A stretch of DNA of 63,949 nucleotides, the filler included, from Octopus bimaculoides (Eukaryota), in assembly GCF_001194135.2 (NCBI RefSeq). It is 4 parts of 3 records of this genome, joined end to end, with 100 filler letters (N's around TTAATTAATTAA, not from the genome) between each part and the next. Parts side by side here need not be neighbours in the genome. Positions count along the whole stretch, not along the records: positions 23,525 to 44,726 come from NC_068981.1; 3 more parts are not named here. One strand, 5' to 3'. Both the position numbers and the translations under genes were made by a program. The notes under the pieces were generated by a model that saw only the letters and a program-made list of their open reading frames with translations, was not told where the DNA came from and searched no databases. This document shows, in pieces, positions 28,477 through 40,330 of the stretch (its first letter is position 1; the number at the start of each line of letters is the position of its first letter).

Positions 28477-29300
28477 TCATTTGGTACCGTGTATTGACAT
28501 AGGAATAAAGCGCAACTGACTTACACTGTCTCTCAGTTGCGCGAGGTACTTTTTGACATCTGGCTTTGACTTCGTGTTCAGAAGAAACTCTCCTAGCACT
28601 GTAAGAGGTGCACCATACACTATTTCCGCCGAAGTGTTGAAATTTTGCTTTGGGGCGGTGCGGATTCTCAGCATCACCCATGGAAGTTGATCAATCCAAT
28701 TGGGCCGGTTAAGCCTGGTTGTCAGGGATTCCTTCAGGCGACGGTGAAATATCTCCACTAACCCGTTGGCCTGTAGATGGTAGGCAGTTGTGCGCTTCAT
28801 TGTGATTCCAAAAAGGTCACACATATTCCACAGCTTCGAGGTGAATCGTGGATCCCGATCGGAGGAGATGCTGTCTCGAACACCGAAACGAGCAACCCAG
28901 TTTGTGATGAAGGCTCGGCTCACTTCTTATGTTTATGCGCTGCGGAGAAGTATAACCTCAGGCCAACGAGTGTAGCGGTCTACCACGGTCAGTAGGTACG
29001 AACAACTCTGTAAAGGTGGTAGCGGGGCGACAAGTTCAATGTTGATGTGGCTGAACCGGGCCTATGGTGGTTCATAGTTGCTGAGGGGTGTTTTGGTGAA
29101 CTGAGGGACCTTGGTTTGTTGACAGGGGATGCAGGTCTTCGTCCACTCCCCAATTTGCTTGGCCATACCATGCCAGATAAATTTGCTTGACAGCAGGCAC
29201 CGTGTTGCCTGCTGTCAAGCAAATTTATCAGTGCACTGGGTGGGGGATGATGCGGTGTGTTACTCGGGTGGGACAGTCCGTGAATGACGAAGAAAACCTT
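28477..29300 (-). pseudogene. Gypsy integrase (HHCC plus DDE core), disrupted
   Basis: VIHGLSHP...KFIWHGMAKQ...TCIPCQQTKV; LLTVVDRYTRWPE; FGVRDSISSDRD..F; TTAYHLQANGLVEIFHRRLK. Confidence 0.92.
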
Positions 29301-29599
29301 CGTAGAAAACTATGCCAAACGCCTCCATATTGTCAAACTCTGCCATTGCGAAAGTAAGATTGTCTGGTGATAGACGAAGTGCGCGGCTGTGAACTGGGTG
29401 GGGGTGATGATGTGTGTCACTCCGTGGCGGGTTGTAGGTTTGGAGAATGTCGGGGTAGTGAGATTGGAGCGACACACAAGGAGATTCGAGAATTCGTTCT
29501 CGGTCTGAGAGACGGTTGTTATGCAGGGAGCGACATGTGCAGATGTTGCCAGAGACACGGAAGCGTATGTGTTGCTGTTGATGAGTAGTCTCCCCTACA

Positions 29600-29900
29600 A
29601 ATCAACCAGTAGCAAGTGTGCTCGAAGAAAGTCTTCCCCGATAATGGGTTGATGGATATTGGCGATGGTGAATGCCCATGTGTATTTTTGTGAACCATGT
29701 TGAGAGAAAGGATGCGGCGACCGTACACCTCAATTGTGGAGCCATTGGCGGCCGTTAAAGGTTGGCCCTGCATTCCGTAACGGAGGTCCCTCGCCGATAC
29801 AGGGATCACGCTGATTTCTGCTCCTGTGTCGATTAGGAACCTACGTCCGGATATCCGATTGCGGATATAAAGGAGCAGTTGATCGTGTTTGTCGGCCACC
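29600..29900 (-). pseudogene. Retropepsin protease
   Basis: FLIDTGAEISVIP (DTG at 29830-29822) followed by LTAANGSTIEVYG. Confidence 0.9.
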
Positions 29901-29949
29901 AAGATATTTAATGGTGGCCGGCCCGGGGGTTTCCCGGGGCCGATGGCCA

Positions 29950-30542
29950 AGGGGTCCTGAAGCTACATAGCTGTTTGTAGCTTTCGTAGCTTTTTTCCCG
30001 ACCTTTGTGTGGTAGAAGCACAAGTCGTCTTGCTTAACTCTACCATGTCTCGAGGCCGACCCTATGGCGTTAACCATAACATTACTGGATAAAAAATGTT
30101 TGTCGGCTAATTTCGCTAACTGCTGCAGGTCCTTGATCTTGGTCTGAGTTACAAGGGCCTGGACCTGGTGTGATAACTTGCAGAAGAATATGTCCCTAAA
30201 CAAAAAAGGTGACTCACCAGGGGGAACAAATTCCAACATCTTATCCATCAACTCTGAAGGCTTGGAATCGCCTAATTCTTCCTTCACTTCCGCTTCCCGG
30301 TCGTTCCGCCGGAATGTATCCCCCAGCCTGTCTTTTAACGTGATGTATTTGTGCGTCGCTGGGGGTTGTGTTAAAATGTCCAGCACCCTCGTTGCCGTGT
30401 CCTCATCTAGTGCCACTACTACATACGAATATTTCGTTAGGTCTGAAGTTGTTTTGCGTATGTTAACCTGCGCGAACCATAGCTCAGACCTCTTCGGCCA
30501 GAATTGTGGTATCTTCAGTGCTGCTGTGTGATCGCTTGCCAT
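29950..30542 (-). pseudogene. Gypsy gag
   Basis: MASDHTAALKIPQFWPKRSELWFAQV...KYSYVVVALD...LGDSKPSELMDKM...LCFYHTKVG. Confidence 0.85.
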
Positions 30543-30667
30543 GTTTCTTTGATTTTCTGTTTACTTCTATGTGCGAAGCGGAAGCTATTGTTCTTTTGTG
30601 GGGTTATACACAAGTATATATGCACAAGTATTATACATAAGTATATATACTTGTGTATGTATACGCA

Positions 30668-30864
30668 AAAAAAATTAACGGAGACCCAGAATATGTTAGT
30701 GAAAGATTTATTTAGTTGAACACATGAGGGCGATAGCCGCCAGTCAACTTTTGCTTCGTAGAAGTTAACCAGAAGTCAACTTCGCTGCAGACCAGCTCCC
30801 TAGCCCGCAGCGAAGTTCCTGTCTACAGTTCGTCTGTCATAAATCCTTTGGGCAGTGCACTACA
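30668..30864 (-). repeat. 5' LTR
   Basis: Direct repeat of 28088-28291; starts TGTAGTGC on the minus strand. Inner boundary uncertain. Confidence 0.85.
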
Positions 30865-30924
30865 CTCGCATACACACATGCGCGTGTGTGTATGTAGTTA
30901 GTCCACATTATTCCATAAAGAGTA

Positions 30925-31130
30925 TAGGGGCGGATTCCCCTGGCGTATATATTCCGCCCTAGAGGGAACGCCGGTCCATCACAGGATTACTTATCTTTAC
31001 CAGCTGAGTGGACTGGGGTAACGTTAAATGAAGTGTTTTGTTCAAAAACACAACGCATCACCCAGTCTAGGAATCGAAACAACAATCTTATGATCATGAG
31101 TCTAACATTCCTAACCACTAAACTATGTGC
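30925..31130 (-). mobile_element. tRNA-derived SINE family C
   Basis: Homologous to 39690 and 61310 (gtggttagg...gtttcgattcc...ccagtccactcagctgg). Confidence 0.85.
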
Positions 31131-31589
31131 CCCTCCCCATATATATGTGTGTGTGTGTATGCGTCACTATAAACGATTACGGAGTGTGAGGTGGAATTTT
31201 CTACTTTGAACTTTCGTGCGAGTTCGTGTATATTCTCTTTGGTTAAAATGAGTATTTCTCACGCTTTCTCTCTCTCTTTCTAGATAGGTAGATAGATAGA
31301 TAGATAGTTATGTCACCCTTCGCCATCACCATCATTATCATCTATCAGCAACACAATCAGCATCAACACTAAAACCGATAGAACCACTGCTTTCATCAAC
31401 CTACTAACTCCTTCGTGACTAACAACGACAGTAGTATGAATCTACGGGTGTGTTCGAGTTGGTAATGCCTCATAGTGAGAGAGACTTTATCTAACAAGAA
31501 GCCGATGCTGTTAGAACAAAAACAAGCGAAGAATGCAGATGAAAATAGGATATTCCACCGATTCCACTTTAATTGACTGCAAAGAATAT

Positions 31590-31783
31590 TGGTTTCAAAT
31601 TTTGGCCAGAAATTTAGGAAACTGAAAGTCGATTATATCGAACCTGTATTCAACTGGTACTTATTTTATCGACCCCGAAAAGATGACAGGCAAAGTTAAC
31701 CACCACGGAATATAAACTCAGAATGTAAAGACGGACGAAATGCGTTTTACCCGGTGTGCTAACGATTCTGCCAGCAACCCGCC
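31590..31783 (-). mobile_element. SINE family B
   Basis: Head ggcgggttgctggcagaatcgttagcacaccggg plus core. Confidence 0.85.
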
Positions 31784-32289
31784 TTAAATTGCTAAGAGTA
31801 TTGTTAAAGGATTAATACTTATAGAGCAAGGTCAGCAAGTGTATGCTGATAACAACCCTCATTGTGAATGTAATATAAAGATTATTTGAGTTGTTTACAA
31901 TCAGCTCAGTTCCTACACTGAGCTGTACAGTAAAACATCAAACAATTTTGGATAATTTCTTCACCACTCAAGTTGATGAAGAACTGTATGATAAAAGATA
32001 ATGCCCCTCGTCCTCCCAGTGCCTCTCATTCTAGCAGCACAATCCCCTTTTACTGTAGTGAACATATTTTGTGTTAAGAACCTATCGTATGAAGTTTCTT
32101 ATTTATTCCCTAATGTATTCCTCTTCAAATACTTTTATGCATACATATTGTAGAAATTGTTATTTTCAAACAGTCGTGTTACTCGTTTGTTTGTTTGTTG
32201 TTGTTTGGGGGAAAAATTTCGTCGAAAAGCAACCTTCTACTTGTTTCAGTTATTGGACTGCGGTCATGCTGGGGCACCACCTTGAAGAA

Positions 32290-33470
32290 TTTTTCTTGAC
32301 CCAGCACTCATAGTCATGGCTTTCTCCAAAGTCCTTTAATCTTGATATGTATGCTGGGTCTGCCACTACACAACGAAGGTACTCGAGCATCCCTTTTACT
32401 CCTGATACATCCACTTTTGTAACACTGTCCCACGAGTCTATTTTGTTATACACTTCTTCATTGTCTCCACTGTATATTATAACATTTTTCCAAGTGTGAG
32501 GGTGGGGAAATTTGGGGCCCCTGTGTGTTTGTCCTTGTGTTTATGTCAGGTAGGGCATGGAGAGGGTTGGTGTCTGTAGGGAGTGTTTGGGGTAGAGTGG
32601 GTGTGGATGGGAGCTGGGTGGGTGTGGGATGAGGGTCGTCCTTTACAGCGTTGCCTTTTTTTCTCTTTCTTCTCTTTTTCCCAGCTGTTTCCCATTCGTT
32701 GTCCATCTCTTCTTCGACGCTGGTACTGGTCTTTATCTGTGGTGCCGCTTCACTATCCTTTTCCTCAACCTCCACGGGTAGTGGAGCGCCAGCCACTTTC
32801 TCACTCTCTTTTCTCTCTTTAGCCTTCTCAGGTGGTGGCGGACAATCCGCTCTAATCTGACCTTTTAAGAATCCTCCCTTCCACTCTGACTTTCAGTGTT
32901 GCGTCTCCAACCGTGATTGTCTCTACCGTATTTTCCATATCTTCCACTGCAACTTGTACCACCATATCAAGGCTTTGTCCTTGCCAGTTCCTGTGGGGTG
33001 TCCTGGTTGCTTGGAAGACCACCACCTTCTCGTCCATGCCCAGCAGTATGACAGCCACCAGCCAGGCTACATCCCCTTCTGGGGGTATTTCCTCTACCCT
33101 AACCCTGGAAGCACGTCTCCCAAGGTATACGGATAGAAGCACCACTTCGTCCGTTTTCAATGATGTTGTCGAGTGCAGCCTGGCGGTAGCTACCTCGCGG
33201 AACTGCACTTCCACTGTTCGAAACTTTTTTCCTCTGGCAAGGTAGAAAATATCTTGCCAGATTGGTCTAAGTGCCTTTTCAATTTGAGTCGTCGACATAA
33301 CTTCTATTTTCCTGCTTGCTACAGAGTACGTCCTGTAAATTATTGTTTTTCTGTTTCTCCTTTAAAACTTCCTTTGCGAGGAACACTTTCACTTCGTTCC
33401 CCTCCCTTTTAAGCATTTCTTTGATTTTACCAAATTCTTCCAGACACACTTCTTCGGTTTTTTCGTTCGT
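32290..33470 (-). mobile_element. L1/Tx1-like unit with ORF1 only (unit 5)
   Basis: ORF1 33298-32852 (...LARGKKFRTVEVQF...RRASRVRVEEIPPE...VRVEGR), K/E-rich linker 32796-32460, C-terminal block KIDSWDSVTKVDVSG...YLRCVVADP. No ORF2 sequence. Confidence 0.75.
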
Positions 33471-33474
33471 CCAA

Positions 33475-35130
33475 TGGAATTAATGAAATTGTACAATGAA
33501 AGATGAAATGAAGCCGCTCGGCCCCACCTTCGAGCGACTTCATTGAACCCTTTGCAACACCATTTACATTAACCTTTTGCAACAACTAATTTATACACTT
33601 TTTTAAAAATTACATTAATTTAAAATAACAATAATCCTGCCTTTGTAACTATTATTTTTTTTTTTTAGACATAATGTTTTATTTTATATCTTTTTAAAAT
33701 ATTAACAGGGCTTACCAGTTCTGCCATTGTTCTGGTATCTATCCTCTTAGTCTACCATTCATAATCGCAGACTTCCTCGTAATCCGTTAATGTTATAAGG
33801 CACCCCGGGTCTGCCATCACACAGCGCAAATGCCCGGGCAACTTATCTCGTTATCAAGATTTTCATTTACTCCGTCATATAATATTACATATTTTTCATT
33901 ATCGGTCAAGGGTAGGGAAATTTTGGACTCCTGTATGTTGCAATTGATTTTTTTTTTTTGTTAGACTGGGCATGGGAAGAGTTAGTGTCTGTAGGGAGTG
34001 GTTGGGGTAGAGTGGGTATGGGTTGGGGGTCATTTTTTACCCTATGTGTCTTTCTCCTCCTCTTCCTGCTCTTTTTCTCCCAGCTGTTATTTGATTCCTC
34101 CTCCTCAACGCTGGTACCTGTCTTCCCCTGTGGTGCCACATCTCTTTCTTCTTCCTCCACGGCATCAGCCACTTTTTAATTCTGTATTTCTTTAACCTTG
34201 TCTTCTAGTGAAGGACACTCCTCTCTAATCTGGCCTTTTAGGCCACATTTATAGCATCGCAGAAACCTCCTTTCTACTCTGACTCTTAATACCGTCTCGC
34301 GATGCTCTCGACCATTTTTTTAGATGTCCTCCTCCTGCACCATCATGTTAAGGGTTTGTCCCTTCCAATTCCTGTGAGGTGTTCTGATTGCCTGTAAGAC
34401 AACCACCTTCTCCTCCATTCTAAGTAATATAGCAGCCACTAGCTAGGCTACATCGACCTCCGGTGGTATTTCCTCCACTCTAATCCTGGAAGCACGTCTC
34501 CCAAGGTATATGGGTAGAAGAACCACCTCGTTCGTTTTTAGGGGTGTTGCCGAATGTAACCTGGCGGTAGCTACCTTTTCAGACTGCCCCTCAATTGTTC
34601 CAAATCTTTTGCCTCTAGCAAGGTACGAAATCCCTTGCCAGACTGGTCTCAACTCCTTATCTATCTGTATCGTAGCCATGCTTTCAATTTTTCCAGCTGC
34701 CAATGAGCACGTCCTATAAATTATTGTTCTTTCCGCTTTTTTCCATAAGACTTTTTCNNNNNNNNNNNNNNNNNNNNNNNNNNNNNNNNNNNNNNNNNNN
34801 NNNNNNNNNNNNNNNNNNNNNNNNNNNNNNNNNNNNNNNNNNNNNNNNNNNNNNNNNNNNNNNNNNNNNNNNNNNNNNNNNNNNNNNNNNNNNNNNNNNN
34901 NNNNNNNNNNNNNNNNNNNNNNNNNNNNNNNNNNNNNNNNNNNNNNNNNNNNNNNNNNNNNNNNNNNNNNNNNCCTTCAACGCTCGAAACAGAGCAACTC
35001 AAGACTTCACAACTTCTTGTTCGACGCCCTTTCATCACAAGAGGATACACGTCGCACAGCCAAAAATCACGTCCGTCTCCCTCAAAACCAACAAACCAAA
35101 TGAATCCTGGGTAACCGGAAATACGCTTCT
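33475..35130 (-). mobile_element. L1/Tx1-like unit with ORF1 only (unit 4; gap in 5'UTR)
   Basis: ORF1 from 34703 is a paralogue of 33298. Knuckle RCYKCGLKGQIREEC at ~34260-34215, C-terminal block HLRCVMADP, then 3'UTR shared with 35135-35290. Confidence 0.75.
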
Positions 35131-35134
35131 TTAT

Positions 35135-35735
35135 TTCTTGAATTTGGCCATAAGGGCCTTACAGAGATGGGACAGCACAAGGTGGGAACAAGAAAAAACG
35201 AATGAAATGAAATGAAATTACACAATGAAAGATGAAATGAAGTAACTCGGCCCCACCCCCGGGCGACTTTATTGAACTCTTTACAACGCTATTTGATTTT
35301 TCCATTTGCAACCAACTTTTAAAATACAATTATTTACATTTTACAATTAATCCTCATCTTTTTTTAAAGCGTCTATATTATACGTCTTTAAAATGTCCAC
35401 ATACCTTATTCTTTCCGGCATTAAGCCTCCCTTTTTTTTTTTTTTTTGTACCACTAGTCACAGTCATGTTTTTCCATATACTCATGCACCTTCCATCGGT
35501 TATCCAGGTCCGTCAGCACGCAATATTCGTTCTTACACCTGCTATATCCACCTTGACTGTTCCTTCCCACAAATTTACCTCGTTTACCAATTCCTTATTC
35601 TGTCCATTGTACATCAAAACATATTTTTCCTTATAGAGCAGGGGTGGGTAACTTGGAGGTTCCTGTGTGTTTGTAATTTTGTCTGTCTCGTTCGAAACCA
35701 ATAAACCAAATGAATCCTGGGTAACCGGAATCAGG
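35135..35735 (-). mobile_element. Internally deleted ORF1-only unit (unit 3): 5' end, ORF1 C-terminus, 3'UTR and tail
   Basis: EPPSYPPLLYKEKYVLMYNGQNKELVNEVNLWEGTVKVDIAG aligns by eye with KFPHPHTWKNVIIYSGDNEEVYNKIDSWDSVTKVDVSG of unit 5. Confidence 0.7.
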
Positions 35736-35739
35736 CTTC

Positions 35740-36095
35740 ATCTCATGAAATTTGCCATAAAGGCAGTACACAGATGGGACGAACAAGGACAGACAAACAC
35801 AATGAGTGAAGAAGCTGCTTTTAGTTAAAAATTAATATTTATTTACATAAATATTGTTGCAAAAAGCAACAATTTGCCTCGGAAGGAAAGGAATCCAGCC
35901 ATCTGGGTAGAACCTTTGCTTTCTACTACTGACCCCCACTTACCTGGTGCCGGTCACTCTCAACTTGCTTGCTACAAGATTCCATCTTTTTACAAATGTA
36001 CTCAGCGACAGGCACCTCTTCTCCAGCCTGATCTTACTTATAAGGTAGTAACTAAAAAGTTTACCAACCCCTGGCCGGAGACGACGGTACCTATT
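35740..36095 (-). mobile_element. 5'-truncated Tx1-like ORF2 C-terminus and 3' tail (unit 2)
   Basis: VVSGQGLVNFFSYYLISKIRLEKRCLS..FVKRWNLVASKL, approximate and possibly frame-broken; paralogous to 36324-36500. Confidence 0.75.
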
Positions 36096-36099
36096 CTCT

Positions 36100-37175
36100 T
36101 TATTACGATAATAAAAATATCATACATAGATGGGACAATACAGGACACTACAAACATTTAAGAATTGTCATTTAGTGAGTCTTTTTTTTTTTGCTTTTTT
36201 TTTTAAGAAAATATACGTTAAAAATATATTTTAAAATTTTTTAGAAAACTTGGAATATTTCCATTGATTTACACTTAATTCCGGGTACACCAGTCTACAC
36301 CTTTGGATTTTTATCAGGAAAGTTTAAGTAGGGCCACTCACTCCCAACTTCCTTCCTACTTCCTTCCATCTTTCCTCATATACTCTTCTAGACAGGTGTC
36401 TTCTCTCCAGCCCCATCTTGCTTTTCAGGTGGTACCTGAAATAGTATAGCATTCCAGGGCCGGAGATGAAGGTTCCTGTCACTATCTCTCTTACACGCGT
36501 CTTCCATGCTCTTTCTTTCAGTATGGCTACTACGTAGAAAAAAACAAGCCTTCCTTTCCCTGTAAAGAGAAGGAGGTGGCACAATCTCGATGATAGACTC
36601 AGCCGATAGCTGTACTCTTCCCATTGATGGCAACAGTTGTTCTGCGAAAACTATCATTCCCGTTAATTCCGGAAAAGATCTCATTACGCCGCACAATGTT
36701 TTGTTGACAATCCACAGCAGTAATTGTTTTCACCTCAATAGACGTCAGTGATTGGTTGAAATTACCGAAATACGTAACCTTTTTCACCGAGGGAGGGGGT
36801 CTTCTAAATTCTGTGGTGTCTGTTCTTTTTTCTTTTTCTTTTTTTCCTGCGGGGAAAGGGCGTGAGTGGGTTTGGTGTCTGTATGGAGAGGGTGGGTCTG
36901 AGTGGTCTTGGGTGGAATGGAGTTGGACTGGGGTACATCATACTCAGTGTTCTTTCTTTTCTTCCTCTTCCTTCTACTCTCTGTTACTATCCATTCTTCC
37001 TCCCTTTTCTCTTCCGCCTCCACAACCGCTTCATCTGTTGTTTTCATCTGTAGAGGGCAGCGTGCTCTTATGTGGCCCTTTTGGCCACATTTAAAACAAC
37101 GTGGGACTCTGCCCTCCACCCACACTCTTAACACAATTTTTCCCAACGTCACCGTCTCCGCCAGACTCTCTTTCT
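36100..37175 (-). mobile_element. Tx1-like LINE with large internal deletion: ORF1 C-half joined to ORF2 C-terminus (unit 1)
   Basis: Intact CCHC knuckle PRCFKCGQKGHIRARCP (ORF 37152-36784), then AESII...PPP...FISGPGMLYYFRYHLKSKMGLERRHLS...ERWKEV, 3'UTR and AATAAA tail. Confidence 0.8.
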
Positions 37176-39689
37176 TGCAATGATACTACAAAAGTAGTAT
37201 TGCTGAACACGAGTGTTACCCAAATCAACGTTACGAAAGATTCTCTGTTTGTTTGTGGTTTAAAGAAGTTCAAGTCCTGACTGGCGTTGAACTTGGATCA
37301 AAGTGACGAAGGGCTGCACGGGATGACCATTCTCACATTCTTATCCTCGAATTCCTGAACCAGTGAGATGTTGCCAAGATAAATGGGGATATATTTAGGA
37401 TGCAGTAAGGTGACCAAGGTGATTTATGTATTTTACCATCCTCTGAGATACGCATCCAAAGGCGGTGTTACTGGATATTGCCTTTTGCTCTTTGAGACTT
37501 AACCAGAGTTAGACAAGTTTCTTCCACAGTTTTCGAATGCATATATACATAATATTAGATGACTGTTGACTGTTCTGAGAGCATCCACTTTTGACAGGTT
37601 TTGTCGTTCAACCTACAGGGTATCTAAAATGGACTTTTTTGATAAGCGGGGTTGATGTTGGGAGAGAGCCCGGTTCAGTCACCGATGACCCTACCTTGCA
37701 ACAAGTTATAATGGTCTACATGTTACCAGTAGCGCTCGCAACCAATCCGACAATAATAAAATTGACGAGATGCTGTTGCTAGCATGTAGTGCCGAGTTCC
37801 AATCCTACTGTAAGTGTAGCTTGAAAAGAGATGGACTTTGCCAGGTCGATTTGCCTTATACGTCATTCGATGATTATATCTATAAGTAGCAACATTAGAG
37901 TCAATGTACTGGGGATTTTACACAATTCATATGTATCAATTGTCTTGTACATTATATTATTGACCCCAGCGGGCTGAAAGGTAAGGTCGGCCTCAGCGGC
38001 ATTTGAACTCTCAGCGGCATTTGAACTCTCAGCGGTAAAGGACCGTAAGTGCCGACAATCCAACAATTCTGCAAATCTAATGATAACGGCTTAAAAACAA
38101 TAAAAAGTTTAGTGTGACTATTTCTAGCAGATGTAGAAAAAAGTGGGGGAAACCATTATCAAACGTGTCTCTTGATTTAAGAATATAAACATTCTTTATA
38201 TTTTATTTAATTTGATATTTATCTTTTAAATGAAATAGCACTAACGTATGTGTTTGTGTATAGAGTGGATCTATAGCATGGAAGTTGTGTATATAACAGC
38301 AATTTGGTATAAATGTAAATAATTATAAATAAATTACCTAATGTTCTTTTAACAAAACACATGGAAACAGGTTATTTATTCAAATATTAAGATTATGTAT
38401 TTTTAATTTACTGCCAGTGTTTAGAGATATAACAATAAAAATATGAATAAGAACAAAAAGAGGCACTTCATGAAAAGAAGTCTGAAATTACTTAGCACCT
38501 GTTTATTAAGAGAAAAGGAAATAGGATATCCGGAGAATCTTTACCTGTTCTAACAGGCTTCGTAACTTGTGTTCTGTTTGACATTCGGCAACAATGTAAA
38601 CTTATATAACAGATTGTAGGGTGTGTATATATTGCTAAAGTTAAAATATTTCGTGCCTACGGGCCCATTAAGCCAAAGCTTTTTTCGGTATCTATGACGT
38701 ATAAGCGATTGAGAATAGAAGACTTCCCCGGTTTCCAAATAGATCTCAAGTCCTTCGCAGAGCTAAACTCCATCCCAGCTGTCGCTGGTACTCATTTTAG
38801 TGAGTGAGCTAGAGCAATATTAAGAGTTAATTGATGTACGTTATTGAAGTTGTTATTGAAGATCTGCTAATAATGACTATTGTTGTGCGATCTTCAGTTA
38901 TTAACCATATCTACAGTTGATTCCTCTCTATCGCCAAATGAAAACGCAAATAAAATTTCAAAGTTAATTTTCACCAAACAGGAGGACGAAGAAGAAGTTT
39001 AAAAGATAAATAAAACGTTCACGTCAACTTTATACAATTAAGATGTTGGCTATTCTTTTCCTTTGTCACATTGCTTATAGAGATACCAGAAGATAAAAAT
39101 ACCAAGTTATATATATCGCAACCAAACAATTCCGTAGTGTGTCCGACGTTAGTGAATGTTCTTTCTCGAAAGAATTATCTGAAGATACGACTTCACTAAT
39201 GATCAAATAGTTTACAAATACCATGCTATTTATCTTGGCGTTTTTACAGCAGTTATTATGTTCTTTGTATTCTAAATAGAAACGCAGATAAAATATATTG
39301 TAAACACTATACTGTGGTATAATCCTGCGCTGCAGCCAGCGAGGAAACTTCTACAAAGTCACTTGTTTTGCTAGAAAAAACAGTCAAATTATTCTTGGAC
39401 AGCCTGGGGTTAAAAAGCAATAGCAACTTATGAATATCCGCATCTATCAAAATGGATTTGTCGCTTGGGCTGGTTGTTGACTGGTTGAGAATTAAAAAAT
39501 ATTTCTTGGGCCGCGTGAAGAAGTAACTGAACGGCACCGGCGGACATTTAACAGAGGATTCTTTTATCAAATATAAAGCAAACTGCGTTGGCCTTTTACA
39601 GATAACAACAATTACATATTGGGAGAGGAGGAAAAACTGCACTTCAAATGTCTACAATAGTTTCTCTCTTTTTTCAATTATCACTCCAC

Positions 39690-39890
39690 TATGTGCCGTA
39701 TAAATTCCCCACCTGGATGGGACACCGATCCGTTGCAGGATTACTCATTTTTGCCAGTTCAGTGGACTGGAACAACGTGAAATGAGGTGTTTTGCTCAAG
39801 AAAACAACGCATCGCCCGGTCCAGGAATCGAAACCACAATCTTACGATCAGGAATCCAACACCCTAACCACTAAACCACACTCCTCCACG
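39690..39890 (-). mobile_element. SINE family C
   Basis: Reverse complement of the 61310-type head and body. Confidence 0.88.
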
Positions 39891-40299
39891 ATACTAAATA
39901 AAGTGTTAGATGTTTATGGTATGCAAATTAATAGCTCCAGTTCTCTGTAGCTACTGAGATTTGCTGAGTATATAAATAGATTGACTGCTACGTTTTCTGC
40001 GACTGGTCAAACACCTAAAGCTCCACGAGGCTCCGGTAGGGGATCGTGGCGAACCCTGCTGTACTCTTTCACTACAACTTTCTCTCACTCTTCTGTGTTT
40101 TTTATATATGTATTCTTTTTATATGTTAAAGACCATGGTAATATTTATGTATGATCAAATGTATATAAGTGTGGTGTTATATAAAGTCATTGACTCGAAT
40201 TTGATGTTTGTTCTGTAACTAATGTTTTGTCAGGATAAAACTGAGTTAACAACTGTCAAACTTGGTGCATAAGAAAATCGGACATTTCATTTTTTAATG

Positions 40300-40330
<31 letters not shown>

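Larger units (their letters stand above)
28088..30864 (-). mobile_element. Gypsy LTR retrotransposon (CsRn1/Kabuki-like), internally deleted and decayed
   Basis: Paired ~200-bp LTRs, purine tract next to the 3' LTR, gag, protease and integrase remnants; RT/RNase H missing. Clade assignment is from recalled motifs. Confidence 0.92.

Noticed and set aside
37300-37900. GC-richer stretch next to the Tx1 array
   Set aside because: Stops in all frames and no motif I can name; may be a decayed LINE endonuclease but is unsupported.
39307-39642. 111-aa minus-strand ORF
   Set aside because: Non-ATG start, no recognisable motif and no clear splice boundaries; possibly old transposon debris.
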